Made by a program: the position numbers and the translations under genes
The notes under the pieces: model-generated
Database searches by the model: none
Told to the model about the DNA's origin: nothing
The model's input: the letters and a program-made list of their open reading frames with translations, nothing else
Assembly: GCA_010093605.1 (NCBI GenBank)
Contig: MU004182.1
Location: forward strand, 1,397,032-1,461,031
Direction: 5' to 3'
DNA from: Lophium mytilinum
Lineage: Eukaryota
DNA: 64,000 bases
Shown here: in pieces, positions 1 through 11,831 of the stretch
How the letters are laid out: each line of letters opens with the position of its first letter
Numbering within the stretch: the first letter of the stretch is position 1

Positions 1-1
1 G

Positions 2-1357
2 TCACCTCCCATCCCAAGCCGAAGTCAAGCAGCGGTGCCGAGAAGTGGTCGCGAGTCCGAGACCTACCGCCGCCCTAGCCACCGTGACCGCAGCGAGAGC
101 AGAAGCCGCAGTCGATCTGTGAGCTCAAGAGACCACAACAAGAGACGGCGCCACGGAGGGCAGAAGGGACCATCATTGGACCGGAAAGAGGGGGTTCATG
201 ATGGACAGAGACTTCCTCGACGCTCTGTGAGCCCATCGGGAGACGAAGCACCAAGGCCGCGGACTAGGACGAGGAGGAGTCGAAGCCGTAGCAGGGACAG
301 GTCGCGAGACCGTTCCCGAGTCCAAGGGCCCTTGAAAGCAGCTTCACCAGCAAGATCAGGATTAGGCGACTCTAGGAGCCGTTGGATCAGAGACTCATCG
401 CCTCCACGGAGACGTAGAGATGCCTCGAGAGACAGATATGCTGGTCAGAAAGATCGTAGACCGAGGGCCTCCTCAAGAGACCGAAAGGTACGGAGTAGGT
501 CTAGGGAGCGAAAGCCAAGAGATACCGTCACGGAGAAGGAACTCAAACCTAGGAATGGCTCCAGAGATGGTCGTCCAAGGCGTAGATCAAGATCGAGAGA
601 ACGATCCAGAGACCGCTCGCGTGACCGTCGAAAGCGTCCTCTTTCTCGTTCACGAAGCCCTTATCGTGCGCCGAAGCGCCGTGACCGATCAGCCTCACCT
701 CGCCGACGAGTCTCGCGATCTCCCTCCCACAAGGACAAGCGTGTTAAAGCTCGAAGCCCCTCTCCCCCAACCCGCAGCCGCAAGCCGCTTCCATCTCAAG
801 AGATGTCTTTCCGAGGCGGACCAGATTCTGGTGCACTATCAAAAGAAGAAGCGGTGGAGAAGCAGAAGCCCAACTTGGCCCCTAGTGGGCTTCTCGCCCG
901 TGAGGCTAATACCGTGGCTGGCACCAACATATCACTCAAATACCATGAGCCACCTGAGGCACGCAAACCGCCCTCGTCAGCACAATGGCGCATCTTCGTG
1001 TTCAAGGGTGACGAAGCATTGGATACAATAGAGCTACATACGCGTTCAGTCTGGCTGCTTGGTCGCGCGCCAGAGGTAGCTGACATTCTCCTTCTCCATC
1101 CTAGCTCTAGCCAGCAACACGCGGCAATACAGTTCAGATATATCGTGAAGAAGACGGAAGACGAATATGGCGTTACCCAGAAGAAAGGAAAGGTGAAGCC
1201 ATATATCATCGATTTGGAGAGCAGTAATGGAACCTTTCTCAATGGGGAGAAGCTGGATGCTGGACGGTACGTAGAACTCAGGGATAAGGACCTTCTAAAG
1301 TTTGGAGGATCTGAGAGGGAGTATGTTATAATGCTCCCACCTCCAGATAAAGGCTGA
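2..1357 (+). CDS. SNIP1: FHA-domain pre-mRNA splicing/retention factor (SNIP1/Pml1-like), RS-rich N-terminus; 5' end lies outside the window
   Basis: Frame is open from position 2. RS-rich region, then KPNLAPSGLLARE...LKYHEPPEARKP...WRIFVFKG and an FHA domain (LLGR, HPSSSQQHAAIQFR, PYIIDLESSNGTFLNG). Confidence 0.85.
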   Translation, partial: SPPIPSRSQAAVPRSGRESETYRRPSHRDRSESRSRSRSVSSRDHNKRRRHGGQKGPSLDRKEGVHDGQRLPRRSVSPSGDEAPRPRTRTRRSRSRSRDRSRDRSRVQGPLKAASPARSGLGDSRSRWIRDSSPPRRRRDASRDRYAGQKDRRPRASSRDRKVRSRSRERKPRDTVTEKELKPRNGSRDGRPRRRSRSRERSRDRSRDRRKRPLSRSRSPYRAPKRRDRSASPRRRVSRSPSHKDKRVKARSPSPPTRSRKPLPSQEMSFRGGPDSGALSKEEAVEKQKPNLAPSGLLAREANTVAGTNISLKYHEPPEARKPPSSAQWRIFVFKGDEALDTIELHTRSVWLLGRAPEVADILLLHPSSSQQHAAIQFRYIVKKTEDEYGVTQKKGKVKPYIIDLESSNGTFLNGEKLDAGRYVELRDKDLLKFGGSEREYVIMLPPPDKG

Positions 1358-1823
1358 GTATTTCCTCGAAAATTGCAACACTACTGGCAATTCTCAGTTG
1401 GCGAGAGATGCACAATAATATACCGCTTTTGGGGTAGTTCAATTGCGGATTGGCTCGTGAAGATCGGCACCAGGGATCTCCACTATGCTGGAGGTGACGA
1501 TCGAATTGCAGAGGATGCAAAGGTGAGAGGAAACTCTGAACTAGGGTGTTCGAAACGGATTCAGCTGTAAAACCCTCTGTAAATATAATTAAAGCTGTTG
1601 AACCCAGTATATACGTTCCTACTGCATGTAGTTGTGACGACTGAATGCACTGGCCCGCTTCAATGACGTGGGGCTGCTGAAGCTTCCAAGGTCAGGCTTT
1701 CTCCAGTTTCGACTTGGTGAACGCGCCTCAAAACCCCTCCATGCCCACAGAGCCAAGGTTCTTTTCGCCCATATTTTACAACCCTAGCCTCCCTAAACAC
1801 TTCTTCAAAGGCCAATCGTCAAC

Positions 1824-4213
1824 ATGGCCAAAAGCCAGGCGTTGCAGTCCAACATGGACGTCGACTACGTCCTCATATACCGCTTTGCGAAGACGGACAA
1901 GGCGGCTGCCATTGCAAAGTTTGAGCAGCTTGTGCAGGCCCTCGCGTCTGTTGGACTGGCTACTGAGGTTAGGAATGGGGACAAACACTCACTCTTGCTT
2001 TTCGTCCGGGTTGCTTCGGAGGAGCACCTGTTTGGAGAGGTCTACAGGTCAAGGTTCGTCTGCTCATACAGCCCCTCCACTTAGGCATAGCCTAACCTCT
2101 ATTCAGAGTCCGAGACTGGGTACATGGTGTGCTAGCTGCTGCACCTCCCAAGGAAACACGTGAAGCCCTCGAAAGCGAACCCCTATACGAAGCCGAACGT
2201 CTTCGAATCATTTACCAACTCATCACAAACCCAGTGTCGGAAGGTGGGGCAGGCATTACGCCGAAGGAGGACGGCTGGAAGGAAGTGGAGTCCATATTCG
2301 CTCTCCATGACCACGAATACAACAAGGATTGGATCAAGAAGTGGAGCACTTCGTACTTCCTCAAGACGGAAGACTTGGACGACATTAGAAACCGTCTTGG
2401 AGAGAAGGTGAGGGGTCTTGCCGGAACATGGTTCACTACAAATGTATTGACTGCCAACAGATTGCTTTCTACTTCGCCTTCACTCAGTCGTATTTTACCT
2501 TCCTCGTCTTTCCAGCTGTCTTTGGATTCTCAGCTTGGTTGCTACTCGGTCATTTCTCTGCCTTCTACGCGATTGTCAACGCGGTATGGTGCTGCGTCTT
2601 CACCGAGTACTGGAAACATCAGGAAGTTGATTTAAGTGTACGTTGGGGTGTTCGCGGCGTCTCTAACATCGAGACTAAGAGGAAGAACTTCGCGCACGAA
2701 AAGGAGATCACCGATCCAGTCACTGGCGAAACTGTGCAGATATTCCCAGCTACGAAGAGGCTACAGCGTCAGCTTCTACAACTACCCTTTGCATTGGGAG
2801 CTGCTATAGTTCTTGGGACTCTGATTGCCACTTGCTTCGGCATTGAGGTTTTCATTTCAGAAGTCTACAATGGACCTCTCCAAAGCCTACTGGTTAGTCC
2901 GACGACATTGTGGGTATGAGTGTATTTTGACGTATTTTAGGTTTTCCTACCAACGGGGATCTTGACTGTCTTCATGCCAATTCTCCAAGGCATTCTCACC
3001 ACCTTCGCTACCCGCCTGACGGAGTTCGAGAACTACGAAACCCATGCTGCGTACGAGGTAGCGCTGACGCAGAAAATCTTCGTGCTGAACTTCATCACCT
3101 CTTATCTCCCTATCCTTCTCACGGCGTTTGTTTACGTTCCGTTCGGCACAATCATTGTGCCATACCTGGATGTTTTCAGCCTGGTAGTGAAGCCGTTTGC
3201 TGAGAATGAAAAAGAAATGGAGGCGCCTTCTGCGTTTGCCATCAACCCCTCAAGACTTCGAAAGCAGGTAATCTACTTTACAGTGACTGCCCAGATCGTC
3301 AATCTCGGTATGGAGGTCATTGTGCCCTATCTCAAGCGCCAGGGCTTCTCCAAGTACAAGAAGATGCAGAGTGAGCGGGCTGCAAAGAATGGGGGAACTG
3401 CTCCTGACCCATCTCTGAACGACTCGCCTGAGGAAGCTGCATTCTTGTCTCGTGTCCGCAATGAAGCAGAGCTGGGCGTTTACGACGTCACTACAGATTT
3501 GAGGGAAATGGTCCTTCAAGTAAGTGCTTCTTCTGTCTCTTCCATTGTTACGCTAATCGAATGCCCAGTTTGGCTATCTATCCCTCTTCAGTGTCGTCTG
3601 GCCCTTGACCGCAGTCTCCTTCATAATCAACGACTGGATGGAGCTCCGCGCCGACGCCATCAAAATCTGCATCGAAATGCAGCGCCCCATCCCCTATCGC
3701 GCCGACACCATCGGGCCTTGGCTCGACAGCCTTAGCTTCCTGACCTGGTTCGGCAGCATCACGACCTCAGCCCTCGTATATCTCTTCAGCAACGACGGCC
3801 TTGGCCCGGACGGCTCCCCATCTTCCATCAAAGCCTGGGCCCTCCTCCTTTCCATCTTCCTTTCCGAGCACGCGTTCCTTGTCCTCCGCTGGGGGGTGCG
3901 TGTCGCCGTCTCCAAGCTCGACTCCCCAGGCCGCCAGAAGGAGCGTCGCGAGCGCTTCATGGTGCGCAAACGCTACTTCGAGGAGAACCTGAGTGAGATG
4001 AGCAAGATCCCGAAGATGGCGGAGGCAGGTGGGAACATCGATCGTGAGAGCTTGGAGGAAGATGCGAGGAAGTCCAGCCTAAAGACTGCAACGCCTGAGG
4101 ATAGATTCTGGCTGAGGCAGCGCGGCTGGAAAGAAACCACGCAGGTTGGGAAGGGGTATATTGAGAGGGCGGTGGTGGATGATGCTGCTTCGGAGACGAA
4201 GAAAGAACTTTAA
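1824..4213 (+). CDS. IST2: Anoctamin/TMEM16 family membrane protein (Ist2-like), 5 exons
   Basis: Exons ~1824-2053, 2107-2407, 2461-2892, 2941-3519 and 3569-4213 join in frame at GT-AG introns. Motifs LDDIRNRLGEKIAFYFAF, LTEFENYET, DLREMVLQFGYLSLF, NDWMELRADAIKIC, RADTIGPW. Confidence 0.9.
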
Positions 4214-4696
4214 GGGGGGCGATGTGAATAGAGGGTGGAACTCGAACATGAGGATACGAGAACATGAGTCATGAAGTGTTGAATGGGCGGGGGGTACGTT
4301 GAGCGTTCCTATTCTGTCAAAAACCTTGGTAGTCCTATTACGATTCCCGAGCAACGAAAAACACCTACTGTTTTCCTCTGATTAGAACTTAAGTCTTGAA
4401 ACCGAAGCTTTAATTTTACCACTTCATGCTCCCTCTACAGATGTGGTCATTCCGTTCGTTTCTAATGCGAAGTCCAACCCATTCCGTATACAGACCACGG
4501 CCGGAATGAAGGTGTCGACATCGTGGCTTTGCAATACTTCTCGTAGATAAATGTGGGGCAAAGGACCTCTGCTACAATTCTAGTACCTGGATCTGAGTCA
4601 GCTGCTTACTTACGTAGGGCGTACCCATATTGTTTATATCTCACACTATCACTCCCACAGTCGTGCACTCCAAACCAGAATCTCTACTTACCAATC

Positions 4697-5279
4697 ATGC
4701 CTCCCACCAAGGAAGTCGTTCTCTCGGATAGCTCCCCAAAGCCATTTCCAGTCATGCCCTTCAGCGCGGCTGTCAAGTGCAACGGCTTTGTTTTTTGCTC
4801 TGGGAACATTGGTATGAGTAAGATGCACCGCACTTGACACTAAGCTGATACACTGAAGGCGTGGACCCAGTAAGCTTGAAGGTCATCGAGGGCCCCATTC
4901 AAGATCGGACTGTCAGTACCTTCTTCCCGCCATCAATGGCGTACTTTTCTCAGAGCTCCTCCACTGACGCAACTATACGCATTAGAGACAGGCGTTGAAG
5001 AACATCACGGGCGTGCTCAAGGATGCCGGCAGCTCTATTGAGAATATAGTGAAAATCAACGTCTATCTCACGAGTATGACGAACTTTGGCGCGATGAATG
5101 AAGCATATTTGGAGTTCTTTCCCGGCGATTCTCTACCCGTTAGTATATATCTCCAGTCCTTGGCTTCATTCTCAACCCAAGCGGATCCGTTCTGACTATA
5201 ACAGGCGAGGACATGCGTTGCCGTTAAAGAACTCCCATTGGGCACAGACGTCGAGATCGAGTGTACTGCACACCTGTAG
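4697..5279 (+). CDS. RidA/YjgF/L-PSP family reactive imine deaminase, 4 exons
   Basis: Exons 4697-4811, 4859-4911, 4986-5138 and 5205-5279 give PFSAAVKCNGFVFCSGNIG...QALKNITGVLKDAGSSIENIVKINVYL...MNEAY...PARTCVAVKELPLGTDVEIECTA. Confidence 0.85.
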
Positions 5280-5739
5280 AGCTCCTCGAGCAATTTTGAG
5301 GCTTCATCAGCCCTCAATGGTGGTACCTGGATCTGATGATAAGCTCGATGGAGGGGTAAGGTGGGGTCAAATCCGAAGCACCACCCGCGAGGCTGGCCGT
5401 CTTAGCAATTGCATACATTCTTTCTGTCTAATGTCTCAAATCCCCTTTCCTTTTCTCCCTATTTCGGCACTGGAACTGACAAGTACAGCCCATAAATGCA
5501 ATTGATAGGCCTGATGCAATGGTGACCCGTGCGTCTGTGCATACATGCTTCTATTCTAGACCTTTAGCCATTCCCTCAAGACCTATATGTACCTAGACCC
5601 CTCACGCCCATCATGGCTTCCCTCAACATCAACAACAACAAACTAGCTCTACCTGTTCCCTCCTAACCAGCCTCTACGAACTCAATCCTCCCACCCACAT
5701 TCCTCTCACTACACCCAAACACCCCTCCCAATCTCCGCC

Positions 5740-6213
5740 ATGCCCCCCACCACCTCCGCCCCCCCAACCCCCCAACGCCTCACCGCCAACGCCCTCATCG
5801 CCGCCTTCAACCGCATGGACAACGCCGCCATCATCGCCGCCCGCGCGCCCTCCTGCCTGCGCCACTTCCACCCCAAATCGCTCAACTACCCGCCCCAGGA
5901 CAACGCCGCCTACAAGCGCAACCTGGACAGCATGCACAGCGTCTTTGCGAACTTTTCGCTCACAGTGACGGACTGTGTTGAGGATGTTGCGGCACGGAAG
6001 ATTAGTATGTGGCTGGAGGCACGGGGCGATACGGCGGCGGGCGAGTACGTGAATGAGTATGTGTGGAATATGGAGTTTGATGAGGCAGGGGAGAAGATTG
6101 TGGGGTGGAGGGAGTTTGTGGATGTGGGGATGGCGAGGGATTTTTTTCCGAGGTTGATGGTGGAGGTGAGGAAGAGGAGGGAGGAGGAGGCGGCGGCGGA
6201 GGGAGGGGCGTGA
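5740..6213 (+). CDS. SnoaL/NTF2-like domain protein
   Basis: 157-aa single-exon ORF with an NTF2-like pattern (AAFNRMD...IIAARAPSC...VEDVAARK...GEYVNEYVWNMEFDEAGEKIVGWREFVD). Confidence 0.75.
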   Translation: MPPTTSAPPTPQRLTANALIAAFNRMDNAAIIAARAPSCLRHFHPKSLNYPPQDNAAYKRNLDSMHSVFANFSLTVTDCVEDVAARKISMWLEARGDTAAGEYVNEYVWNMEFDEAGEKIVGWREFVDVGMARDFFPRLMVEVRKRREEEAAAEGGA

Positions 6214-6437
6214 GGGGGCTGGCGGAAGGGGGTGAGGGTTTGGGGAGTTATATGGGAGCTAAGGTGTTGTGGAGTACCCAGAAATGAAGATTGTTTGATT
6301 GAGAGTATTGTTGGAGATCATCAGGGTTCTTTGGTTATGCAGGACTCTTGACAAGGGTGGCCATATTGCGAGAAACTTTCTCCTAATATCCGAAAGTGGC
6401 ATTCTGAGCTACACTTAAATATACGCTTGGTTTGCAC

Positions 6438-7550
6438 CTAGCGGAAATATACTGTGCTGGTAGCTTTGGTAATCGCCCACGCCTCATCCAGCACCTTCAC
6501 AACCTCCTCCGGCAATGGACCCTTCTCTAGATCCGCCAAGTTACTCTCAAGCTGTCTGAGGCTTGAGATACCAATGATGATCCCATCGTTTCCTCCCTTG
6601 ACTCGCGTCTTCAGGTCAGAGTGGTGAACGCACCAGCGAAGTGCCGTCTCCAATAGAGTCAAGTTATGCTTCTGCACCACTGGCTCGATGAGACCGAGCG
6701 CCTCGAAGGTCGCATCCTTGAAGTAGCGTTCGCGGTACATCCTCCCTGTTCGAGCCGAAGTCTCCGAATACCGACCTTCTTTAGGCACATCCTTGGTCTT
6801 GTACTTTCCGGAAAAGATGCCACCTGCGAGCGGGTTGTAGATGACGATGTCGATTTTGTACTTTCGGCAGCAGGGGATAAGCTCGGGCTCGATGTCTCGA
6901 GCTAAGGGAGCAGCCTCATCAGCTTCAATTCAAGATCCAGGTGGCTCAAACAGTACTCACTGATAGCATTATACATCGCCTGATACACCGTCGGCTTCAC
7001 CCACCCCCTCTCCTTACAGATGTTCCAGATCTCAGCAACTTCCCATGCCGCATAGTTGCTCAGCCCAAACTGCACAAACTTGCCCTCCTTATGCAGCTTA
7101 TTGATCTCCTCCAGCGTCTCCTCATACGGCACCGAGTGGTCCGGAAGGTGCAAGTAGTAGATGTCGACGGTATCCGCGCCGAGCTCTTTCAGCGACGTCT
7201 CGCACTGCGCTCGCAAGTTCTCCGGCTTGTGGGTGCCGGGTGTTATGGGCGCGCATTTGGTGGCCAGCGTTAGGCCGCGAGATTGCCAGTTTGCAGAGCG
7301 GGTCCAGGCTTCTTGGAGCCCTTCGATGTAGACGCGGGCTGTGTCGACTTCGTTGTAGCCGCGGCCTTGGAAGGTGTCGAGAATTTTGTTGTATTCGTCG
7401 AGTGAGGTGATTCTGGCGCCTTTGGACTCGTCCGGACCTGGGGTTGTTGTTAGCTGGGTGTAGGTAAGTTATATGTTTTGGGGAGGCTCCACCTAAGGTC
7501 ATGAGCCCTAGGATGACCCTGTCCGTTGCGTTCTGCGCAATAAGAGGCAT
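6438..7550 (-). CDS. Aldo-keto reductase, aflatoxin B1 aldehyde reductase (AKR7)-like, 3 exons
   Basis: MPLIAQNATDRVILGLMT..., EVDTARVY, LATK, VDIYYLHLPD, FGLSNYAAWEVAEI, PTVYQAMYNAI, YNPLAGGIF, ALRWCVHHS. Introns ~7492-7438 and ~6960-6902. Confidence 0.85.
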
Positions 7551-7720
7551 GATGTCGGCAAGATTGTGCAAAGGTACAACTTGAAGTAGGCCTTAGAAGT
7601 GGAAGGTTGAGTGGAGGAGATTCAGTGCCGTTGCTCGGAGTCTCGACAGTGGGAAGTGTGAATAACGGGAGGTAGACGGCTCTGTACGAGTATAAGTAAT
7701 TGGAAAATAGAAATGAGAAG

Positions 7721-7833
7721 CAGCTCGCGTACAACGGTGAACCTATTCTGGAAAATCTCCAGCTCGCGTACAACGGTGAACCTATTCTTGGAAAGCCTCC
7801 AGCTCGCATACAACGGTGACCCGTTTCTGGAAA
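7721..7833. repeat. Three tandem ~39-40 bp repeats (CAGCTCGCGTACAACGGTGAACCTATTCTGGAAA...)
   Basis: Units start at ~7721, 7760 and 7800 and are near-identical. Confidence 0.9.
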
Positions 7834-8498
7834 GTATCGCACTGGATTCAAATCACATCATCGTCATTAAGTGGGGTGGGGGAGGGGTTCGTGTTTATCG
7901 CCGTAAAGTCCGCCTCATGCAATGGGTGGGTAAGGAAAGGGTTCTGCTGGACAGTTTGTATTCTTATTGGGTCGAGCGGAGCGGCCTATCATCATCCGTA
8001 AAGAACGAAACCTACCAGGGCCTGAAATCGATATGAATGAGAACTCCAACATGTTTCATCATGCCAAATTGTGCCTCACGTCTGATATTGTCTCAGCGAG
8101 GAGCGTAATGCCACTGAAAGCCTTATAGATAGTTTGGGACGTTTGGTAGAAGCTACTGTACAAGTGAATCCCACTGATAACTGCGCATTCAATCTTCGTA
8201 GAGATGAGGGTGCCGTTGTTGCTGCTGCAATGCTGAAACGAACGCTGAAAGACTTTCCAATTCCTCCAACTCGGATCGATGAGGGCCAGACTGCAAACAC
8301 CATTATGGCCACCTAACATATCGATAGAAATTTGGGCGTGGATGCAGGCCGGCAAGAAACAGCCAGCCTTTGATCCAGCTCATCCTTCCAAGCCAGCTCC
8401 AACGTAATAAGGCAGCCTTGAGTTGCTCCGATGAGATAAGACAGTACGCGAATAACATGAGCGTGATATAAGTGATGGTTCTAAATCCTGTCAAGTCC

Positions 8499-8914
8499 TC
8501 ATTTTCGGCGGACAACCGGGAGGTCCTTTAGTTGATCTTTAATCTCTTTCCGGAAGTGTTCAAGCAGGCCGGGACCAGGCTCTGGAGCGTATTTCATTAG
8601 CTCCAATGCAAGATGCCTTTCAAAGAGGCATCCGGTAAACCTACTGTCAATGTTGGTGCCACCTAGCTCCTCCATCGGTGTCCCGTGGCGGAGGCGCATC
8701 ACCCGTTTGTGGACGCCATGGACGGCTCGGTGGAAGGCAGGGCTTTGGAGAAGCTGAATTCGGTCAGTCGGCGATGGCGCAAGCTGTGCTTTCAAGAGGA
8801 ACATACGCGGGTCACTGCCCAGGCCTATGTTGGGGGTACTAAGTCAGTACGACGGTGGCGGTCTGCGGGTAAGGGATTGGGTAGGACACGAACCTCGAAC
8901 ACGCGGAACCACAT
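8499..8914 (-). CDS. Small conserved fungal protein, MIOREX component Mrx7-like, 4 exons including an 18-nt microexon
   Basis: Exons 8914-8894, 8824-8807, 8753-8645 and 8581-8499, all with GT-AG introns and branch sites, give MWFRVFE-AWAVTR-LLQSPAFHRAVHGVHKRVMRLRHGTPMEELGGTNID-KPGPGLLEHFRKEIKDQLKDLPVVRRK. Family recalled from memory. Confidence 0.7.
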
Positions 8915-9753
8915 GGGATTCATGGCGGCTAGATCCTCGAAGGCTGGATCTATAGGCAAGAGCCCTAGGAGGAGAGGTGTCTCTCTATAACAAAGTTGAG
9001 AGGGGGATGTGGTGTTGGAGGTCTGGCGGGCTTGATGACGGCGGACTTGATTCGATTGGCCAACGCGCCCCTCATTCACCAACACATGCCCATCTTCACC
9101 ACTGCGCTGTCCGATCCTCTTCCTGTACATACGCCCTCCTCAAACAGCTCAAAGATACCCAGTCCTTTTGTTTATAAGCGCGCTTTTCGGCCATTACGTC
9201 TTATAAAGCGTCCGGCGCATCTAGAACTAGCAGCCCGCGTGCTTCACAGTCTACCATCCCGTCTCGCAACATTCACCCATAATCGCCCTCAAAACCACGT
9301 AGGAACCAAACAGGCCGTTTGGCTTCGCCTGCCAGCGTTGAGCACACGTAGAACCTTCGCGAGGCGCCACAGAATCGCCGTTTTACTGTATTCAAGCCCG
9401 CTTTTCAACCTGGGGAATCTTGAAGCCTCGACTGACAGATATTTACAGCTTGCACAGCCTCGCCTTCACCCTTTTCGCCTTCACCGGCGTCCGTCTTCAC
9501 GGCCTGCCAGTGTGGCATCCTACCTGCTAGCACATCGAGTGCTCCACCTCCACACATATATACTCCCCCTCAACGCCACCCGCTAAAGGCAAACCACAAA
9601 CTTGCGAATTGCAAAGCAAGCTGCTCTTCTAATCAAACACATCATAAAAGATATAAAAGTACACCAACGGCTGAGGCTCGCCGCTACAACTTCAAGCTGC
9701 ATAAACTCCGCGCTCTTCGGCGGAAGGCAGCCGCAGGCAAAGGCATAGACACC

Positions 9754-11238
9754 ATGTCTTCGCCGCTTGCTGTACCCTCCTCCCCAGCGTCTTCCAAGCG
9801 CTCTAGATCCCGCGACAGTACCCGGTCCTCTGCCGCTACCTCTATAGCTGCCTCGGTCAACTCTCTGGCTGCATCCGTCAACTTCTCGCTCAATCCCTCC
9901 GCCAGCGCCCCGTCGCTGATCATCCCGCATTCTCCATCGGAGACACCTTCGGTCGTCGGATCCTCGCCCTCGGAGGCCATACCATATCCCGCGTTTCTGC
10001 GGCAGAGCAAATTAGGCAGGTAGACATGCGGTCTATTACTTAGTTTATATGAAAAGGGGACATTGGCTAACTCAAGCAATAGAGATACATCAGCGCTTCA
10101 TTGACCTAGAATGGGAGCAGCGTAACCGCATTGCACAGGCGCAACAAGCCGGGAATGACCCAGATGCGCCAGCATCGCAGTGGGTCCGACCTAGCGGAGA
10201 TATCGTTTTTGCCAGAAATAGGTATGCCAACGTGGACCCATATTTGAACAATCGTGTCAAGCTGCAGGTGCCCGACGGTCACAATGACTACATCAACGCC
10301 TCACCAATTGTACTCAAGTCGACAGACTCAGGGACCGAGACCAAGTTTATTGCGACCCAGGTATGTGGTAGCTTCTCACGAGGCGAAGCCCCACTCCTTG
10401 ATCCATGGATTCCGGCTAACATTCCCATTAGGGCCCCAAATCCGATATCACTGCACATTTTTGGCGGATGATATGGCACGAAACCGCCTCGCCATCTGTA
10501 ATTATCATGCTCACCCAAACGCACGAGTCTGGTCGTGAGAAGTGCCATCCCTACTACCCACTCTCTCTCGATAATCCCACCCTCGCTCTGAATCAGGACG
10601 ACGAGTTCGAGGATGGGTTCTTGTCAACGATTACTTTAGTTTCCCTGACCGAAGACGAGAACACTCGAGCTACTATCCGTGAGCTCGAGATGCGCGACCA
10701 CAACGGCGACGTGAAGACAGTGTGGCACCTCCTCTTCGGCGGCTGGCCAGATTTTCTAGTTCCAGAGGGCGAAGACCGTACCGCTCTTCTTAACTTGCTC
10801 GCCATGTCTAACGAGAAGAATGGTCATGACGCCCAGAACCCACGCACCGTGCACTGCAGCGCTGGCGTCGGCCGCAGCGGTACCTTTATCGCGCTGGACT
10901 GGCTGCTACAAGAGCTCGACGAAGGAAGTCTTGACGACCTGCCGGAGGACCGTGACCCGATTTCCGAAGTCGTGGACCGGTTACGTCAGCAGCGCATGAT
11001 GATGGTGCAGGGTGAGGCACAGTTTGGATTCCTGTATGAGGTCCTGCGACAGAAGTGGCGGGAGCGGTATTGGAAGCTGCATCCAGAGGTTACTGGGGAG
11101 GACGGCCTAGAGGACGGAGCGCAAACGAAGGATATTCGAACTGGCAAGCACCAGAGCAAGAAGGCGAAAGCAGACCCGGATGAGGATGCACATGCGGAGT
11201 TGGAGGCTGAGCTTGCGGGTGCGGACAGCAGCTTCTGA
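9754..11238 (+). CDS. Classical protein tyrosine phosphatase (Ptp1/Pyp-like), 3 exons
   Basis: RNRY...DYINAS, FIATQGP, WPD loop (GGWPDF), catalytic HCSAGVGRSGTF, LRQQRMMMVQ. Introns 10016-10082 and 10361-10430. Confidence 0.9.
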
Positions 11239-11831
11239 CTATATCCGGCGTGCGTGCTTCTGCTTGGGCTTCTGCTCTCGCTTCTGCTTTCGCTGATGCT
11301 AGAGCGTTGATATTCTGTCCTTGTTTCTTCTTTGATCTATTCTGCTTTTGCATTTATGCGGACCGGACTACCGCTATGCTTGTCTTCTTCAGATTTCCCA
11401 TCCCTCGAATCCCTGGATCCCTCCTACCATGATACCTATTCCATACCCCATAGAGCCTTTCCACACACGCTTCCTATTGAAGCGCTTGTACTTCTACTTT
11501 TCCTTCTAGGGCGGACACCTACCTTGCATTGGATGGATTCATAGGTTAGTTGGCATCGATGGCACTCGGGTAAGTCGCCATTTGGGTCAGAATAGCAAAT
11601 TGGATTAAAATTTCAGAGAATGGGATGCTCTAGCCTTCTAGAAATACCAACCCTGAACGAGCAAAACGAAGAGAAAGTTCCACATAAGACCCATGCACCG
11701 TGAAGTGTACTGCATTACCACCATACCTCTCCAAACCACGCTCTGGCACTCAAGAGCGCCCACGCCATCCTCCCAAGTTTTCGCAACAGCACAAGCAATC
11801 TCCCCAGCAACCACACCTAACCCAATTCACA

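Noticed and set aside
420..1031. 203-aa alternative-frame ORF inside the FHA gene
   Set aside because: Shadow frame of low-complexity RS codons with no recognisable motif.
4697..7550. Secondary-metabolite biosynthetic cluster around the SnoaL-like gene
   Set aside because: No PKS, NRPS, terpene cyclase or prenyltransferase in the window.
11252..11300. GCTTCTGCT 12-bp periodic repeat after the phosphatase stop
   Set aside because: Ordinary short degenerate 3'UTR repeat.
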